A stretch of 64,000 bases of DNA from an uncultured archaeon (GCA_964508365.1 CAZDTP010000002.1:92434-156433), one strand, 5' to 3'. Counted from the first letter of the stretch, positions 27,957 through 38,914 are shown. Notes: generated by a model not told the origin, from the letters alone. Numbers and translations are program-made.

Positions 27957-29108
27957 ACGGTAAAACTGAAAAGTATTGAACTAATTAAAGGACTTTCTAT
28001 TCTGATAATACTAATCTCGAATGCAATTAATTATTGGTTAGTGTTTGATAGTGAATCGATCTATATTCTCACCTTAATGCTTGCCTTTTTAAACATATTT
28101 GGTCCTACTTTGTATATATTTATCGTTTCATTCTCCATTTCTTTCACTCTCAATAAAAAAATGGGAAGGATTCCTGAAAGATTTAATAGAAATACAGTAT
28201 TTATTCAAGGTTTATTCACGATTTTATTAGGAATTTTATTCAATTTAATAACAAATCCAAGTTCCCATTTTCCTCAGAACCTTTGGGGATGGAACATTCT
28301 TGTCTTTTTAGGTTTCTCACATTTTATTAGTTATTTCATCTTCAAATTAGTCAGATGGGCTAGACTTGTTATTGGCTTGATTATTATATTTTTTACACCT
28401 GGCATTAGAGAATTACTTTTCTTAGGAAAAGATCTAAATCCTATAATTAACATTATATATTTCGTCGTTGTATCGCCTATACCGAATTTTCCTTTATTAC
28501 CATATGCCTCGATTTCTGTTTTCTCTACAGTATTTGGAGAATTAATATATGAATCAATCCATTTAAACTCAAACAAGGCTAATCTACATTCTACGAACTC
28601 AATACTGAAATACGGTACAGTTTTACTAATTTGTGGACTTCTGCTTCCATTTTTTGATATTGGATTCATTATAACGGAGGACAATTTTGATCCGTTAATG
28701 TATCCATTTATTGACGCTATTCCCATTTTAAAAGCGTATCCTACTACATTTATCTCGGGAATACCAACATTTCTATATGCAGGAACTCCATCGAACCTTT
28801 TTATTTCAATGGGAGTTGCATTGCTTCTTATTGGTAGAAAATATTACAGAAAAGATATCTTACATAAAAAAAAATTAAAGTTAAATATATTGTCTCTTTT
28901 TGGGAAGAATTCGATAACTTTATTCTTTCTCCAATTCATATTCTTACCTATTTTTTATCAAAAATTACCTTTGCTAATGTTTGTTACATTTTTAATAACT
29001 TACATTGTTTTATTAGGATTTATATTGTATTTATGGCAAAATTACGGAAATTCTATACCTTCTTTTGATTGGATGCTAAATAAAATAGATGAGCGCATTA
29101 ATAAGTAG
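27957..29108 (+). CDS. DUF1624/HGSNAT-like multi-TM acyltransferase-family membrane protein; start probably upstream of 28041
   Basis: In-frame upstream KLKSIELIKGLSILIILISNAINYW matches the family N-terminus (R.SID..RG.AI); FPLLPY motif; many TMs. Confidence 0.65.
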   Translation, partial: TVKLKSIELIKGLSILIILISNAINYWLVFDSESIYILTLMLAFLNIFGPTLYIFIVSFSISFTLNKKMGRIPERFNRNTVFIQGLFTILLGILFNLITNPSSHFPQNLWGWNILVFLGFSHFISYFIFKLVRWARLVIGLIIIFFTPGIRELLFLGKDLNPIINIIYFVVVSPIPNFPLLPYASISVFSTVFGELIYESIHLNSNKANLHSTNSILKYGTVLLICGLLLPFFDIGFIITEDNFDPLMYPFIDAIPILKAYPTTFISGIPTFLYAGTPSNLFISMGVALLLIGRKYYRKDILHKKKLKLNILSLFGKNSITLFFLQFIFLPIFYQKLPLLMFVTFLITYIVLLGFILYLWQNYGNSIPSFDWMLNKIDERINK

Positions 29109-30543
29109 CGTTATGATTCTCTATATCTTTTAATGAGTTAATTTTTCCATCTATTATGGCCATGTTATATTCATCTTCTAACTCAGCGTAAAGTTTTTTT
29201 GCATTTTCAAAATTACTTAGCGCAAGATCATACTGCTGTTTTTTAACATAAATATCTCCTAACTGATTACGAATTTCTGCAGCCATCTTTGGATTGTTTA
29301 AATTTTCAAATATTTCTAAAGCTTCTTCATACAACTGAATAGCTTTTTGGTCGTTTTGTATATATTCTTGAAATATTTTTGCAACTTGATACTTCATTTC
29401 AGCAATTTTTACCTTATCTCCAAACTTCTGGTAAATGTCTTTAGAATAGCTAAAATAATCAATAGCTTTTCTATCCTCACCTTTTAGTGAATAATACTTA
29501 GCTATAGCTTCCAAAACAATCCCTTCTTTTACATTTTCTTGAATTTCAAATGTTCTTACAGCGTCTAAACTTTTCAACAGGTGATCCTCCGCCTCTAAAT
29601 CGTTATCCCATAAAGTATGTAAATAACCCAAATACAGATAACACTCCCATTCTAATTTTTTTCTTATAAAAATTGATATGTGGTTTTTAATCCCATCGAC
29701 AAGCTCTAATGCACCTGTTAAGCAGTTGAAAGATTGATCGTAGTATTCTTCTCCAAGATGATAATACATTTTTCCATACTTAGTACGTGTTTGGATCACT
29801 CCATATATATCATCGTTCTGAATAAAAAAGTCGAGATTTCGTTTCAGGATTCTCTTTACACGGTCGTAGTCTTCTAAGGATAGCAATATCTCTACCAGAT
29901 TACTAGCCGTTTTTATAGCTTCTAATTCAAGGCTTTCTTTTTCAGCAAGGTTTAAAGCCTTTTGATAATATTTATTAGCGTTCTCTAAATCATTTATTAA
30001 GTGATAAACATTCCCTAAATTATTCAATACTTGGATTTCTTTAATATAATCGTCAATTTCTTCTATAAAACTTAGAGCTCTATCAAAATGATAAATTGCC
30101 TGGTCAAAGAATCCGGTATCTTCATGAATAAGTCCAATTTCGTTATGAGTTATGATAAGATTCATTGTGTCTTCCTCTTCTTTGAAATTCTCTAATGCTA
30201 ATTCTAAATTTTTCAATGCGTTTGAGAAATCTCTCTTCTTATAAAAAAGGCTTGCTTTCTTGAGAAGTAAATTACCCATGTTTTTTCCTAATCTCTCACT
30301 ATCAGTAAGTTGACTTTCGAGTTGAGATAACTCGGATTCAATAGTCTCATCATCGATTATGTTGAAATCGAAAAATTCCTCTTCTTCTTCAAATTGGTTT
30401 CCGTAAATTGAAGTTCCGTTAGGAATCGGTCTTACTCGATTATTGTTAAGAATATTGATATTTGTGATTAAAGGTTTATTACAATTAGGACAATAACTCC
30501 AACTAATTTCTATTGGGCTCCTACAAAAGGGACATTTATTCAT
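29098..30543 (-). CDS. Zinc-ribbon + tetratricopeptide repeat protein
   Basis: N-terminal CPFC...CPNC; multiple TPRs (NEIGLIHEDTGFFDQAIYHF, NNLGNVY). Confidence 0.88.
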   Translation of the reverse strand: MNKCPFCRSPIEISWSYCPNCNKPLITNINILNNNRVRPIPNGTSIYGNQFEEEEEFFDFNIIDDETIESELSQLESQLTDSERLGKNMGNLLLKKASLFYKKRDFSNALKNLELALENFKEEEDTMNLIITHNEIGLIHEDTGFFDQAIYHFDRALSFIEEIDDYIKEIQVLNNLGNVYHLINDLENANKYYQKALNLAEKESLELEAIKTASNLVEILLSLEDYDRVKRILKRNLDFFIQNDDIYGVIQTRTKYGKMYYHLGEEYYDQSFNCLTGALELVDGIKNHISIFIRKKLEWECYLYLGYLHTLWDNDLEAEDHLLKSLDAVRTFEIQENVKEGIVLEAIAKYYSLKGEDRKAIDYFSYSKDIYQKFGDKVKIAEMKYQVAKIFQEYIQNDQKAIQLYEEALEIFENLNNPKMAAEIRNQLGDIYVKKQQYDLALSNFENAKKLYAELEDEYNMAIIDGKINSLKDIENHNATY

Positions 30544-30642
30544 TAGGAAGTGTTTATTTATTATTTAGTTTAATTTAAAATGATAATTCATTCATATATA
30601 ATTTTTTAAATTAAATGTAAAACAAAAAAACTGAATATTGGA

Positions 30643-31572
30643 TTAATTATGTGAGTTTTTAGCCGTATTGAGGTAATCATTTAACTCTTTATTAATCTCA
30701 TCTTCGCTTAATCCTAGCGAATTTAAAAGGATTCTAATCTGCAAAATTGAATTTTTTGCTCTTATTTTATTGGCAATACTCAGAGCTTTTATATACACCT
30801 CTTTTGCTTCGTTCATCCTAAACTGATATACCATTACCTCTCCAATGTAGCCTAATCCTTTAAGAATTAATTCTGTATAGCTTGATTCGATTGCTTTATT
30901 TGTTCCCTTCTTAAAATAGATAATGGCTTGATTGAAATCGCTATCTTTTTTTTTTATAATGCCTAGATTAAAATAAGAAATTATGATGCCCTTTATATCA
31001 TCTAATTCTTTAAATGCCCTAAGAGATTTTTTATAAAGTTCATATACAACATCCCAATTTTCTTGATTTTCATAGATAGTAATTAAATTACCAAAACAAT
31101 CTAATAAATTATAAATATCTTTGTTATCAGAACATATAGCACTACACTCAAGGAAAATTTCGCAAGCTTCATCATATTGGTTTAATTTGATGAGACTATT
31201 ACCAATTCCTTTTAAACTAGTGATTTGCTCTTGAATCTGTTTTAATTCATCATATATATCGAAAGCGTTTTCATAGAATTCAATTGATTTCTGATAGTCA
31301 CCCTTTTTATAATAGAGCGTACCTAGTACACCATAAACATCTGCTTGACCTAACCTATCTTTCTGCTTTTGAAAGTGTTTTAAACATAGCCGATAATTTT
31401 TTTCGGATTCCTTAAATAGTTCTAATTGTAGCTGAATTAAGGCGATATCACTTAATTCGTGGATATAGTTGGAATCCTTACCAATTTGCTCCAATTCCTT
31501 CAAGATAATTAATTTTTCTTGTAGTAGGGCCTCTAATTCTTCTTGGGTATACTCATCTTTGTTTTCAACCAT
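30643..31572 (-). CDS. Tetratricopeptide repeat protein
   Basis: GVLGTLYYKKGDYQKSIEFY and other TPR units. Confidence 0.88.
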   Translation of the reverse strand: MVENKDEYTQEELEALLQEKLIILKELEQIGKDSNYIHELSDIALIQLQLELFKESEKNYRLCLKHFQKQKDRLGQADVYGVLGTLYYKKGDYQKSIEFYENAFDIYDELKQIQEQITSLKGIGNSLIKLNQYDEACEIFLECSAICSDNKDIYNLLDCFGNLITIYENQENWDVVYELYKKSLRAFKELDDIKGIIISYFNLGIIKKKDSDFNQAIIYFKKGTNKAIESSYTELILKGLGYIGEVMVYQFRMNEAKEVYIKALSIANKIRAKNSILQIRILLNSLGLSEDEINKELNDYLNTAKNSHN

Positions 31573-31616
31573 AAATAAGAAGGAAAACTAATTAATTTTA
31601 ATTAAATTACCATGTG

Positions 31617-32051
31617 CTATAACATCCCTTCCAAAATCTCTGCTGCGTTCTTCACACATTGAATGCATTTTTTTTCTAATAATTCATTTTGGTTGAAATA
31701 ATCCTTACCTTCAGAAGTGTTTATATCGCAACCAAGTAATTCCTTACAAATCAATGAACCGTTATTTTCTTGAAATAGGGTAGAGAATTCGCTGATAAGC
31801 TGATATGTCTTTTCTTTGGCTTCCGTATCCTTTGATACGCCCATACCATCTTTTAATCCAATAACCATATAAGCTCCAGTCACAGCACCGCAAGTTCTAC
31901 CACTACGTGCTATTCCTCCCCCAAAACCAGTAGATATTTTCAAAGCTTTATCCCGATCTAATCCATAATGAGGAGCATAAGTACTGAAGATTGATTGAGC
32001 ACAGCTGAAATCTTCTTTAAAACTTGAAAGAGTTTCTTCTATTCTCGACAT
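31617..32051 (-). CDS. C-GCAxxG-C-C family putative redox protein
   Basis: FSCAQSI, GFGGGIARSGRTCGAVTGA, LICKELLG, KCIQCV. Confidence 0.9.
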   Translation of the reverse strand: MSRIEETLSSFKEDFSCAQSIFSTYAPHYGLDRDKALKISTGFGGGIARSGRTCGAVTGAYMVIGLKDGMGVSKDTEAKEKTYQLISEFSTLFQENNGSLICKELLGCDINTSEGKDYFNQNELLEKKCIQCVKNAAEILEGML

Positions 32052-32173
32052 TTTTAATAACTGTGTTTTATTAGAAATAATACATTTTAAACCTATAAGA
32101 AATATAAAATTTCTTATCTATTATATATTTAGAGATAGATTAAGCAAACAATTTCTGAATAAAGGTAATTTGT

Positions 32174-33286
32174 ATGAAGGTCAAAGCAAGATTATTTGAT
32201 AAACTTGATGAAAATAAGGTTAAATGTCATGTATGTGCTAATGAATGCACTATCCTACCAGATAAGGTAGGGATCTGTAGAACTAGAAAAAACTACAACG
32301 GGGAATTATTTACTTTAATTTATGGATCAATGATTTCCAAGGGAAGTTTAGATCCTATAGAAAAGAAACCACTCTATAATTTTTGGCCGGGAGCCACAGC
32401 TTATTCTATTGCTTCTATAGGATGCTCCTTCAAGTGCCAAAACTGTCAAAATTGGAATATAAGCCAAGCAAATCCATCTGATAATGGAAAAAGTGGATTT
32501 TACACCTTAGAAGGAATGCAAAATCGAAGAATGAGTTTAGTGGAAACAACGCCTAGTAAGCTTGTTGAGATGGTTAAAAAGAGCGGAGCAAAAACACTTG
32601 CTTATACATATAACGAACCTTTAATTTGGCACGAATGGATTATAGATACCGCATCGTTACTAAAACAAGAAGGTATTAAGACTATTCTGGTAACAAACGG
32701 GTATTCTACAGCAGAAGCTAGAAAAGAATTAATAGAAGTTGGAATCGATGCTGCTAATATAGATATTAAATCAATGTCTGATGAGTTTTATAAAACAATT
32801 TGTGGTGTTACATCAGTGCAACCCGTGCTCAGCACGGCTAAAGAGTTTAAATCTAACGGAATTCACATAGAAATAACAAATCTAATAATACCAGATTTAA
32901 ACGATAGTGACGAGGATATTAAAATCCTCGCAAAATGGATTGTTAATAATTTAGGTTCTGACACACCCACTCACTTCTCTGCATATCATCCAGATTTTAA
33001 AGAACCCTCTAAGGAACGAACTCCATTCGAAACTTTAGACAAGGCTTATAACATTGCCACAAAGGAAGGTCTCAGTTTTGTGTATATAGGGAATATACAT
33101 CATGAAAAAGGGGGAAATACCTATTGTCCTAACTGTGGTCATCTCATTATCGGAAGAAGCGGTTATTCTTTTACTAAGATTGACATAACTGAAAATAAAA
33201 CATGTCCAAATTGCCAATACGATTTAAGTAACGATATAAAGGGCGAAATTAATAGAAAATCTTCTCAACGGTTTAGCTTCTTTTAG
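32174..33286 (+). CDS. amrS: AmmeMemoRadiSam system radical SAM enzyme (PFL-activase-like)
   Basis: CHVCANEC, DPIEKKPLYNF, CSFKCQNCQNW (CxxxCxxC), YTYNEP, C-terminal CPNC/CPNC. Confidence 0.9.
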   Translation: MKVKARLFDKLDENKVKCHVCANECTILPDKVGICRTRKNYNGELFTLIYGSMISKGSLDPIEKKPLYNFWPGATAYSIASIGCSFKCQNCQNWNISQANPSDNGKSGFYTLEGMQNRRMSLVETTPSKLVEMVKKSGAKTLAYTYNEPLIWHEWIIDTASLLKQEGIKTILVTNGYSTAEARKELIEVGIDAANIDIKSMSDEFYKTICGVTSVQPVLSTAKEFKSNGIHIEITNLIIPDLNDSDEDIKILAKWIVNNLGSDTPTHFSAYHPDFKEPSKERTPFETLDKAYNIATKEGLSFVYIGNIHHEKGGNTYCPNCGHLIIGRSGYSFTKIDITENKTCPNCQYDLSNDIKGEINRKSSQRFSFF

Positions 33287-33325
33287 GTATAGAGAAATAA
33301 TAATAAAAAAGTTTTGAAAATTAGA

Positions 33326-34000
33326 TTAAAAAAATCCCGTTATTGATACTCCTATTACGAGGAGTAAAAACCCTTGAATTAATGAGAATATTGCTAGTAT
33401 AAATGCAAAAACTGGCCACGATATCATTTTCGAAATTCCCATTAAAGCTCCAATATAAAATTTAACAGTCAGTGCGACTAATGCAAATACTATAATGAAT
33501 ATGATTATTAAGAGTAGTTTTGGATCAATAAATACTGCAATAACTTGGACTACTTGATCTGGAATCGCGGAAGCTGCTACAACAACTACGATTGATGCTA
33601 AAAGTATTCCAATTACGCTGGATATAGGAAGGTCGTTTAACGGTTTTAATAAAGTAAAGACACCTACAATAATTAAAAAGATTGAAACGAATAAACTTTT
33701 AGCATCTTGAGTATTAGAAGCGTACGCAACGCTTGGAGCTTGATCTAAAATTAAACCCCCAACTCCACTAAGTAGGCTCAAAATACCAACGATTATTCCA
33801 AAATAGGTTAGAACTTTCAAAAGTTTAGTAACATCGTAATTCCAGTCTTCTACTTTTCTTTTTTTAACCGATCCTCTTCTTTTAGCTTCGTATATTGCGT
33901 AAACTAACCACATAACACCAAGTAGCAAAGTAAAAAATCCAGCGAATTCTGCCAAAGGTCTTAAAAAGGCTTCTGTAAAATCAAATTGATATATCAACAA
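33326..34000 (-). CDS. Hypothetical multi-pass membrane protein
   Basis: 224-aa highly hydrophobic ORF. Confidence 0.7.
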   Translation of the reverse strand: MLIYQFDFTEAFLRPLAEFAGFFTLLLGVMWLVYAIYEAKRRGSVKKRKVEDWNYDVTKLLKVLTYFGIIVGILSLLSGVGGLILDQAPSVAYASNTQDAKSLFVSIFLIIVGVFTLLKPLNDLPISSVIGILLASIVVVVAASAIPDQVVQVIAVFIDPKLLLIIIFIIVFALVALTVKFYIGALMGISKMISWPVFAFILAIFSLIQGFLLLVIGVSITGFF

Positions 34001-34135
34001 ATATCACTTCTTTAAGTTAATTTAAAATTGTTATTATGTTCTATATCACTTCTTAAGTATTTATATTATATCTAGTCCAATTTTTAAATTGTATCAGATT
34101 TGTAGGAATAATAGAGAATTACAATACTTTTTATT

Positions 34136-35830
34136 TTAAGTAATAAATGAAACACATTTTTTTACATAATCCAAGTATCTATGAATTTCTTCATTTTTTG
34201 TTTCATTATCCCAAGAATATTCCTTTTGCATTATTCTTGCTATAGTTTCTGCCGCTTCAGATGCTCTTCGGTGATGTATCCATAGTGACATTTCTGTTCG
34301 TCGACAAAACACATCAATCAAATGAGGGGACATTTCATATCTTAATACATAAAGGATTTCAGCGTAAATGAAATCATTCTCATCGATAACCCTTTCTTTT
34401 AAAGATTCATCTTTCTTTATCAAATTGACGATTTGAATAGCGCCTTTTCCATATTGTTGATATAAATGATCTGATATATCCTCATCTAAATGAATACCTG
34501 AATTTCGTAGAACATCTAACCACTCTTCTATTTCTAGAGAAATTATAAAAGGTTGTCGCGACCAATTTTTCTCTTTTTTTATCTCTGGGAAAATATTCTT
34601 TTCTTCAATGTGCTCAAATAAATCTTCTGCCATTTCACGCCATTCTGTTAGTTTACCCCCTGTGATTGTTAGTAGATTGTCGTTAGAAAAAAAGATTATA
34701 TGTTTTCGTGAAACTTCACTTTCTGATTTTCCTTTTTGCATTACTAGTGGTCTGATTCCAGCATATGTTGAAAGAATGTTTTCATAATCAAATCTTGCGT
34801 TCGGGTAGAATAACTTAGCAGATTCAATTAAGTAATCTGCATCTTCCTTATCACAAAATGGATTTGCTAAATCACCTCGATAATCAGTATCAGTTGTTCC
34901 TAAAAGGGTGTACTTTTTATTCCTCGGAATGACAAAAAAATATCTGTTATCAATATTTGAATAAAGACCAGCTGCCACATTATTCCCTATATTTTCACGC
35001 TTGTATAAGAGATGAACTCCCTTGGTTGGTCTAATTAATGGATTTGGAATAGTATCGGGGTAACTTTCTATTAAATTATCAGCCCATATACCCGTCGCAT
35101 TTATCACTAAGCTAGCCCTAATCTCAAAATCTGAGTTTTTTTCTAATTCTTTACATTTTATCCCAACAATTTTCCCATCGTTTTTGATATAATCGATAAC
35201 CTTACAATAATTTATTGAATCAGCTCCTCTAAATATTGCTTCTTTAAGTATTTCAATAGTTAAACGCGCGTCGTCGATGTTTGTATCGTAATAAATTACG
35301 CCACCCTGAAGACCTTCTTTATTAAATTCGGGTTCAAGCTCATAAACCTCTTCAGCGGTATATGTTTTGCTCTCTTTATAATTTTTAAATTCAGATTGAT
35401 CATCGCTTAGAAAATCATAAATTTTAGTAGCTCCTTGTAAATCACGTTTTTTATACTTAGTACCTTTAATAATTGGTAAAAAGAATGGTACTGGTCTAAC
35501 TAAATGGGGTATTTGAACCCTCATCCAATTTCTTTCACGAGTAGCACTTTTAACTAAATCCATATCGCCATGGGCTATATATCTAAGTCCGCCATGTGCC
35601 ATTTTTGTACTTCTCGATGAAGTCCCTGCTCCAAAATCTTGCATATCTACTATAGCAACCTTTAAATTTCTCATTGCTGCTTCTCTTGCAATACCTGCTC
35701 CTGTAATACCCGCTCCTATGATCACAACATCGTATTGACTTCTTTGCATTTTTTGGATTATTTTTTCTCTATTTTTGACAGTCCAGGATTGATCAAATAA
35801 TTTTTTTTCCAAATCTACCATTTTAACCAT
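34136..35830 (-). CDS. glpD: FAD-dependent glycerol-3-phosphate dehydrogenase/oxidase (GlpD/GlpA family)
   Basis: IIGAGITGAG, DFGAGTSSRSTKMAHGGLRY, DDARL, GTTDTDY, YAGIRPL, ITGGKLT. Confidence 0.92.
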   Translation of the reverse strand: MVKMVDLEKKLFDQSWTVKNREKIIQKMQRSQYDVVIIGAGITGAGIAREAAMRNLKVAIVDMQDFGAGTSSRSTKMAHGGLRYIAHGDMDLVKSATRERNWMRVQIPHLVRPVPFFLPIIKGTKYKKRDLQGATKIYDFLSDDQSEFKNYKESKTYTAEEVYELEPEFNKEGLQGGVIYYDTNIDDARLTIEILKEAIFRGADSINYCKVIDYIKNDGKIVGIKCKELEKNSDFEIRASLVINATGIWADNLIESYPDTIPNPLIRPTKGVHLLYKRENIGNNVAAGLYSNIDNRYFFVIPRNKKYTLLGTTDTDYRGDLANPFCDKEDADYLIESAKLFYPNARFDYENILSTYAGIRPLVMQKGKSESEVSRKHIIFFSNDNLLTITGGKLTEWREMAEDLFEHIEEKNIFPEIKKEKNWSRQPFIISLEIEEWLDVLRNSGIHLDEDISDHLYQQYGKGAIQIVNLIKKDESLKERVIDENDFIYAEILYVLRYEMSPHLIDVFCRRTEMSLWIHHRRASEAAETIARIMQKEYSWDNETKNEEIHRYLDYVKKCVSFIT

Positions 35831-35950
35831 AATTAGAAAATTTTGGACTATAAATAAGGTTTTTTAATGTTTCTATTATCAATACATTTAATTTTTATGG
35901 GATAAATAAATTGATATAGGTGTAATCTAATTGTTTTATATATATTCTAG

Positions 35951-36391
35951 GTGAGAAAAATGGTAAATTCAGAATTATTAAATGAGATTAAATTAAAATT
36001 ATCTGATGGTAGTGCTATGCCTGGAGATTGTCTCAAACTTCTTGAAATATATAAACAAATCTCATCAGAAAATGTGGGATTAAGAGAAGAATTCGATGAT
36101 ATGGCCATGTTAGATATGGACTTCTTAGGACAAATAATTATATCGGATGAAAATAAGAAATTTTGGCTTAAATTCAAAGAGGGAAAAGTAGATTATGGAG
36201 AAGGTGATGTCGGTAATCCCTCCTTAGCCTTTACAACCAATATGGATACTTTTACAGGAATTCTTTTTGGAACAATTGAAATTTCTGGTGCACATGAAGC
36301 CGGAGATGTCAGTTTTGATGGTGGAAGTGAAGCTCTAATGGATCTTCAAGCAATTACCTCCGTTTTGAATGATTTTTTACAAAATATCTAA
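35951..36391 (+). CDS. SCP2 sterol-binding domain protein
   Basis: FWLKFKEGKVDYGEGDVGNPSLAF...AHEAGDVSFDGG, typical SCP2 pattern. Confidence 0.8.
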   Translation: MRKMVNSELLNEIKLKLSDGSAMPGDCLKLLEIYKQISSENVGLREEFDDMAMLDMDFLGQIIISDENKKFWLKFKEGKVDYGEGDVGNPSLAFTTNMDTFTGILFGTIEISGAHEAGDVSFDGGSEALMDLQAITSVLNDFLQNI

Positions 36392-36532
36392 TAGTATATA
36401 TATTTAATGTCCACCCTATAAGTGCCCAGATACTCGTTGTGCTCTATCTAATTGAGAACCTTTTTTATTCAATCGAGTTTTACTTGTTTTGGTATCCCTT
36501 CGGAAACATACATCAGTTTCTTTCAATGTATT

Positions 36533-37717
36533 TTAAGGAAAATTAAGATTATCATTATCAATAAATTCTATATATCTACTTATAAATTGAGATAATTGAT
36601 TAAAGTTTGGAGAATTTCCAGTTCTTACAAAAATAGCAGCTAGAGCGTTACCCATGAGTATTGCTTCAGGAGGCGTAAGGTTACACGATAACGCTAAAAC
36701 CGTTCCCGAATGAAAATAATCGCCTGCACCAACTGTAAATTTAGGTTTTGAAGTAAATCCTTCAGTTATCCAATAATGATCTTCTACAGTAGAGATCGTT
36801 GCGAAGTGAGGAGAATGAATTACTAAATAGGATAAATTTATTTCTGTATTAAGCCGTTTTCCACCGTCAATATAATCAGTTGAATTTTCTTGATAGGAAG
36901 AGAAGGTTTTAACTTTATCTAAAACTTTAGAAAGGAAATAAGCCTCCAGATCGTTTGCGCTCAGCATAACTGGAACTTGTTGATCTATTTTTTGAAGAAT
37001 TTTTACCAAATCTAAAAGATCCTGTCTCGAACGCTTTCTTATATCGGCTATGTCTACAAAAAATATTTTTTCTTTTAAATTGGATATAGAAGGAAAGAGG
37101 TCATCCAAAAAATGCTGCCATATGTCGTTTAGATTTGGTATTAACGCCCAGTGTCCAAAACCCATAATATTGGACTTTTCTAGTCTTTGTATCAGATGTT
37201 CCCGTTTTACACTTTTGAGGATTGTACTCCAATCGATATTTAATATTGGGGCAAAATCGGTTATCATAACCTTTCCATCATCAAACTCTAAACCTAATGT
37301 TTCTCCGGGATTAGATATTGAGATAGATTCTACTCCTTCTTGTTCTTTATAAAAATCGTTCATATTTGGAATGCCTAAAGCAGCAACTAAGAATATCTTA
37401 ACTCCTAAAGCGCTCAACGCCCTAGATGTATTTGGAGCAAAACCACCAAAAATTCTTTTTTTTAAAACTCTCTCTATATTTGCAGAACTTCCGGCTACAT
37501 CAACTAATAATTCCCCAAACTGCTTCATACTATTCATTCTTGTCCATTTTTTTGCACTATTTCTGCTTTGAACTAGAGAATAGAGAGAATCAATATAACC
37601 ATCGAAGCCTAAAAAGCAAGACTTATTAATGACAGCAGATTTAAACGAATTTAAATTATTTTTTATTGTTTCTAGAGCTTTTAAAGTCACATCATAGCTA
37701 TTGAGCTTTCTATACAT
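36533..37717 (-). CDS. PfkB/ribokinase-like carbohydrate kinase
   Basis: GFDGYID, FGGFAPN, C-terminal TVGAGDYFHSG PfkB signature. Confidence 0.75.
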   Translation of the reverse strand: MYRKLNSYDVTLKALETIKNNLNSFKSAVINKSCFLGFDGYIDSLYSLVQSRNSAKKWTRMNSMKQFGELLVDVAGSSANIERVLKKRIFGGFAPNTSRALSALGVKIFLVAALGIPNMNDFYKEQEGVESISISNPGETLGLEFDDGKVMITDFAPILNIDWSTILKSVKREHLIQRLEKSNIMGFGHWALIPNLNDIWQHFLDDLFPSISNLKEKIFFVDIADIRKRSRQDLLDLVKILQKIDQQVPVMLSANDLEAYFLSKVLDKVKTFSSYQENSTDYIDGGKRLNTEINLSYLVIHSPHFATISTVEDHYWITEGFTSKPKFTVGAGDYFHSGTVLALSCNLTPPEAILMGNALAAIFVRTGNSPNFNQLSQFISRYIEFIDNDNLNFP

Positions 37718-37792
37718 AAATAATGTTATATTTCCTCATTTAATAAATTTAATAATAGTTAGACACGATATACAGAGAATCCTTGCTAAAGT

Positions 37793-37910
37793 TTATCCGA
37801 TCTTTTGAAAAACAAAAACAATCATATTTTCAGTTCCAAATTCCTCTGAACTTTGCTACATTATTCCAAGCTTTTCTGTTTAATGAAATAATGTTCAATT
37901 TTTTATCCAT
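37793..37910 (-). pseudogene. Possible internally deleted gene remnant (methyltransferase-like termini)
   Basis: ATG 37910 MDKKLNIISLNRKAWNNVAK joined out of frame to SEEFGTENMIVFVFQKIG*; the family resemblance is from memory only. Confidence 0.3.
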
Positions 37911-37942
37911 TTATAGAATTCAATTTCTACAAATATAAAAAA

Positions 37943-38914
37943 TTAATCTTCTAATAATTTTTGAAGAATTAAAGGCATAGAGAAAATATCGCAATAGTTA
38001 TGATCGATTACCTCTTTTACTAATCCAACATATTTTAAAGGAGCATTTAAATACTTTTTATAACACAATCCAACAATCCCACTCGGCAATTCATTATCTC
38101 TTTTTATTTCCAACAATTTTTCTTCCATATTTGTAAGTGTATAATTTTCAAAACTACCTTTATACATCCTTCGACAATTGTGATATAAATCTATGTGATG
38201 GAATCTGGTATTACACTTCTCATATGGTACATCTTCCTCTGCTATCATAGGATTCTCGTCAAAGAAATACATAAGCCTATTAGCTATGTAAGGGATATCA
38301 AAACTTTTACCGTTGTAAGTTATAAAACATGGAAATTTTGGCAACATTTCTGATTTAAGATGCTCGCAGATCGCAATTTCTTCTTCTAAATCCCTCGCAA
38401 AAAGAATGTGAATTTCAAATTTACCGTTTCTAAAATAACCTAATCCTATCATGATAATAGGACTATCATATAATCCTAATGTCTCGATATCAATAAATAA
38501 TAGTTCATCCAAATCAAAGCAAAAAGCTACATCTAAATCATAGATATTTTTATTTTTGTATAAACTCTTATAGTTTCTGCTTTCAATCAAATCTAATAGT
38601 CTATGGGCAGAGATATTATATTTTAAGTTAATTTTTAAATCGTACAAAGACTTAACGCCTTTTCTGTTCAGCTGACGTTCAATATTATCGCCAATATAAT
38701 AGATAGTCTTTAAATTTCTAAGAATCTTTCCTTTGGAAAGCGACAAATTTAGATCACATTGAAATTCTTCTTCTTTCCAAACAATTTCCATGAATTGTCC
38801 CATTTTATTACTTACTACTATATGATTTGGAAAGAGGTCTTCGATTGTTTTGCCTCTATATTGATCTGCGAGGTGCGAAATATCAAATGCTTCGAACTTA
38901 TAATAGCAGTCCAT
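37943..38914 (-). CDS. YprB-like RNase H-fold (RNase_H_2) 3'-5' exonuclease domain protein
   Basis: LFIDIETLGL, ITYNGKSFDIPYI, HIDLYH, YTLTNMEEKLL, HNYCD. Confidence 0.88.
   Translation of the reverse strand: MDCYYKFEAFDISHLADQYRGKTIEDLFPNHIVVSNKMGQFMEIVWKEEEFQCDLNLSLSKGKILRNLKTIYYIGDNIERQLNRKGVKSLYDLKINLKYNISAHRLLDLIESRNYKSLYKNKNIYDLDVAFCFDLDELLFIDIETLGLYDSPIIMIGLGYFRNGKFEIHILFARDLEEEIAICEHLKSEMLPKFPCFITYNGKSFDIPYIANRLMYFFDENPMIAEEDVPYEKCNTRFHHIDLYHNCRRMYKGSFENYTLTNMEEKLLEIKRDNELPSGIVGLCYKKYLNAPLKYVGLVKEVIDHNYCDIFSMPLILQKLLED

Noticed and set aside
36391-36533. Possible small gene or RNA between SCP2 and the PfkB-like gene
   Set aside because: Only very short frames without start/RBS support and no clear structure.
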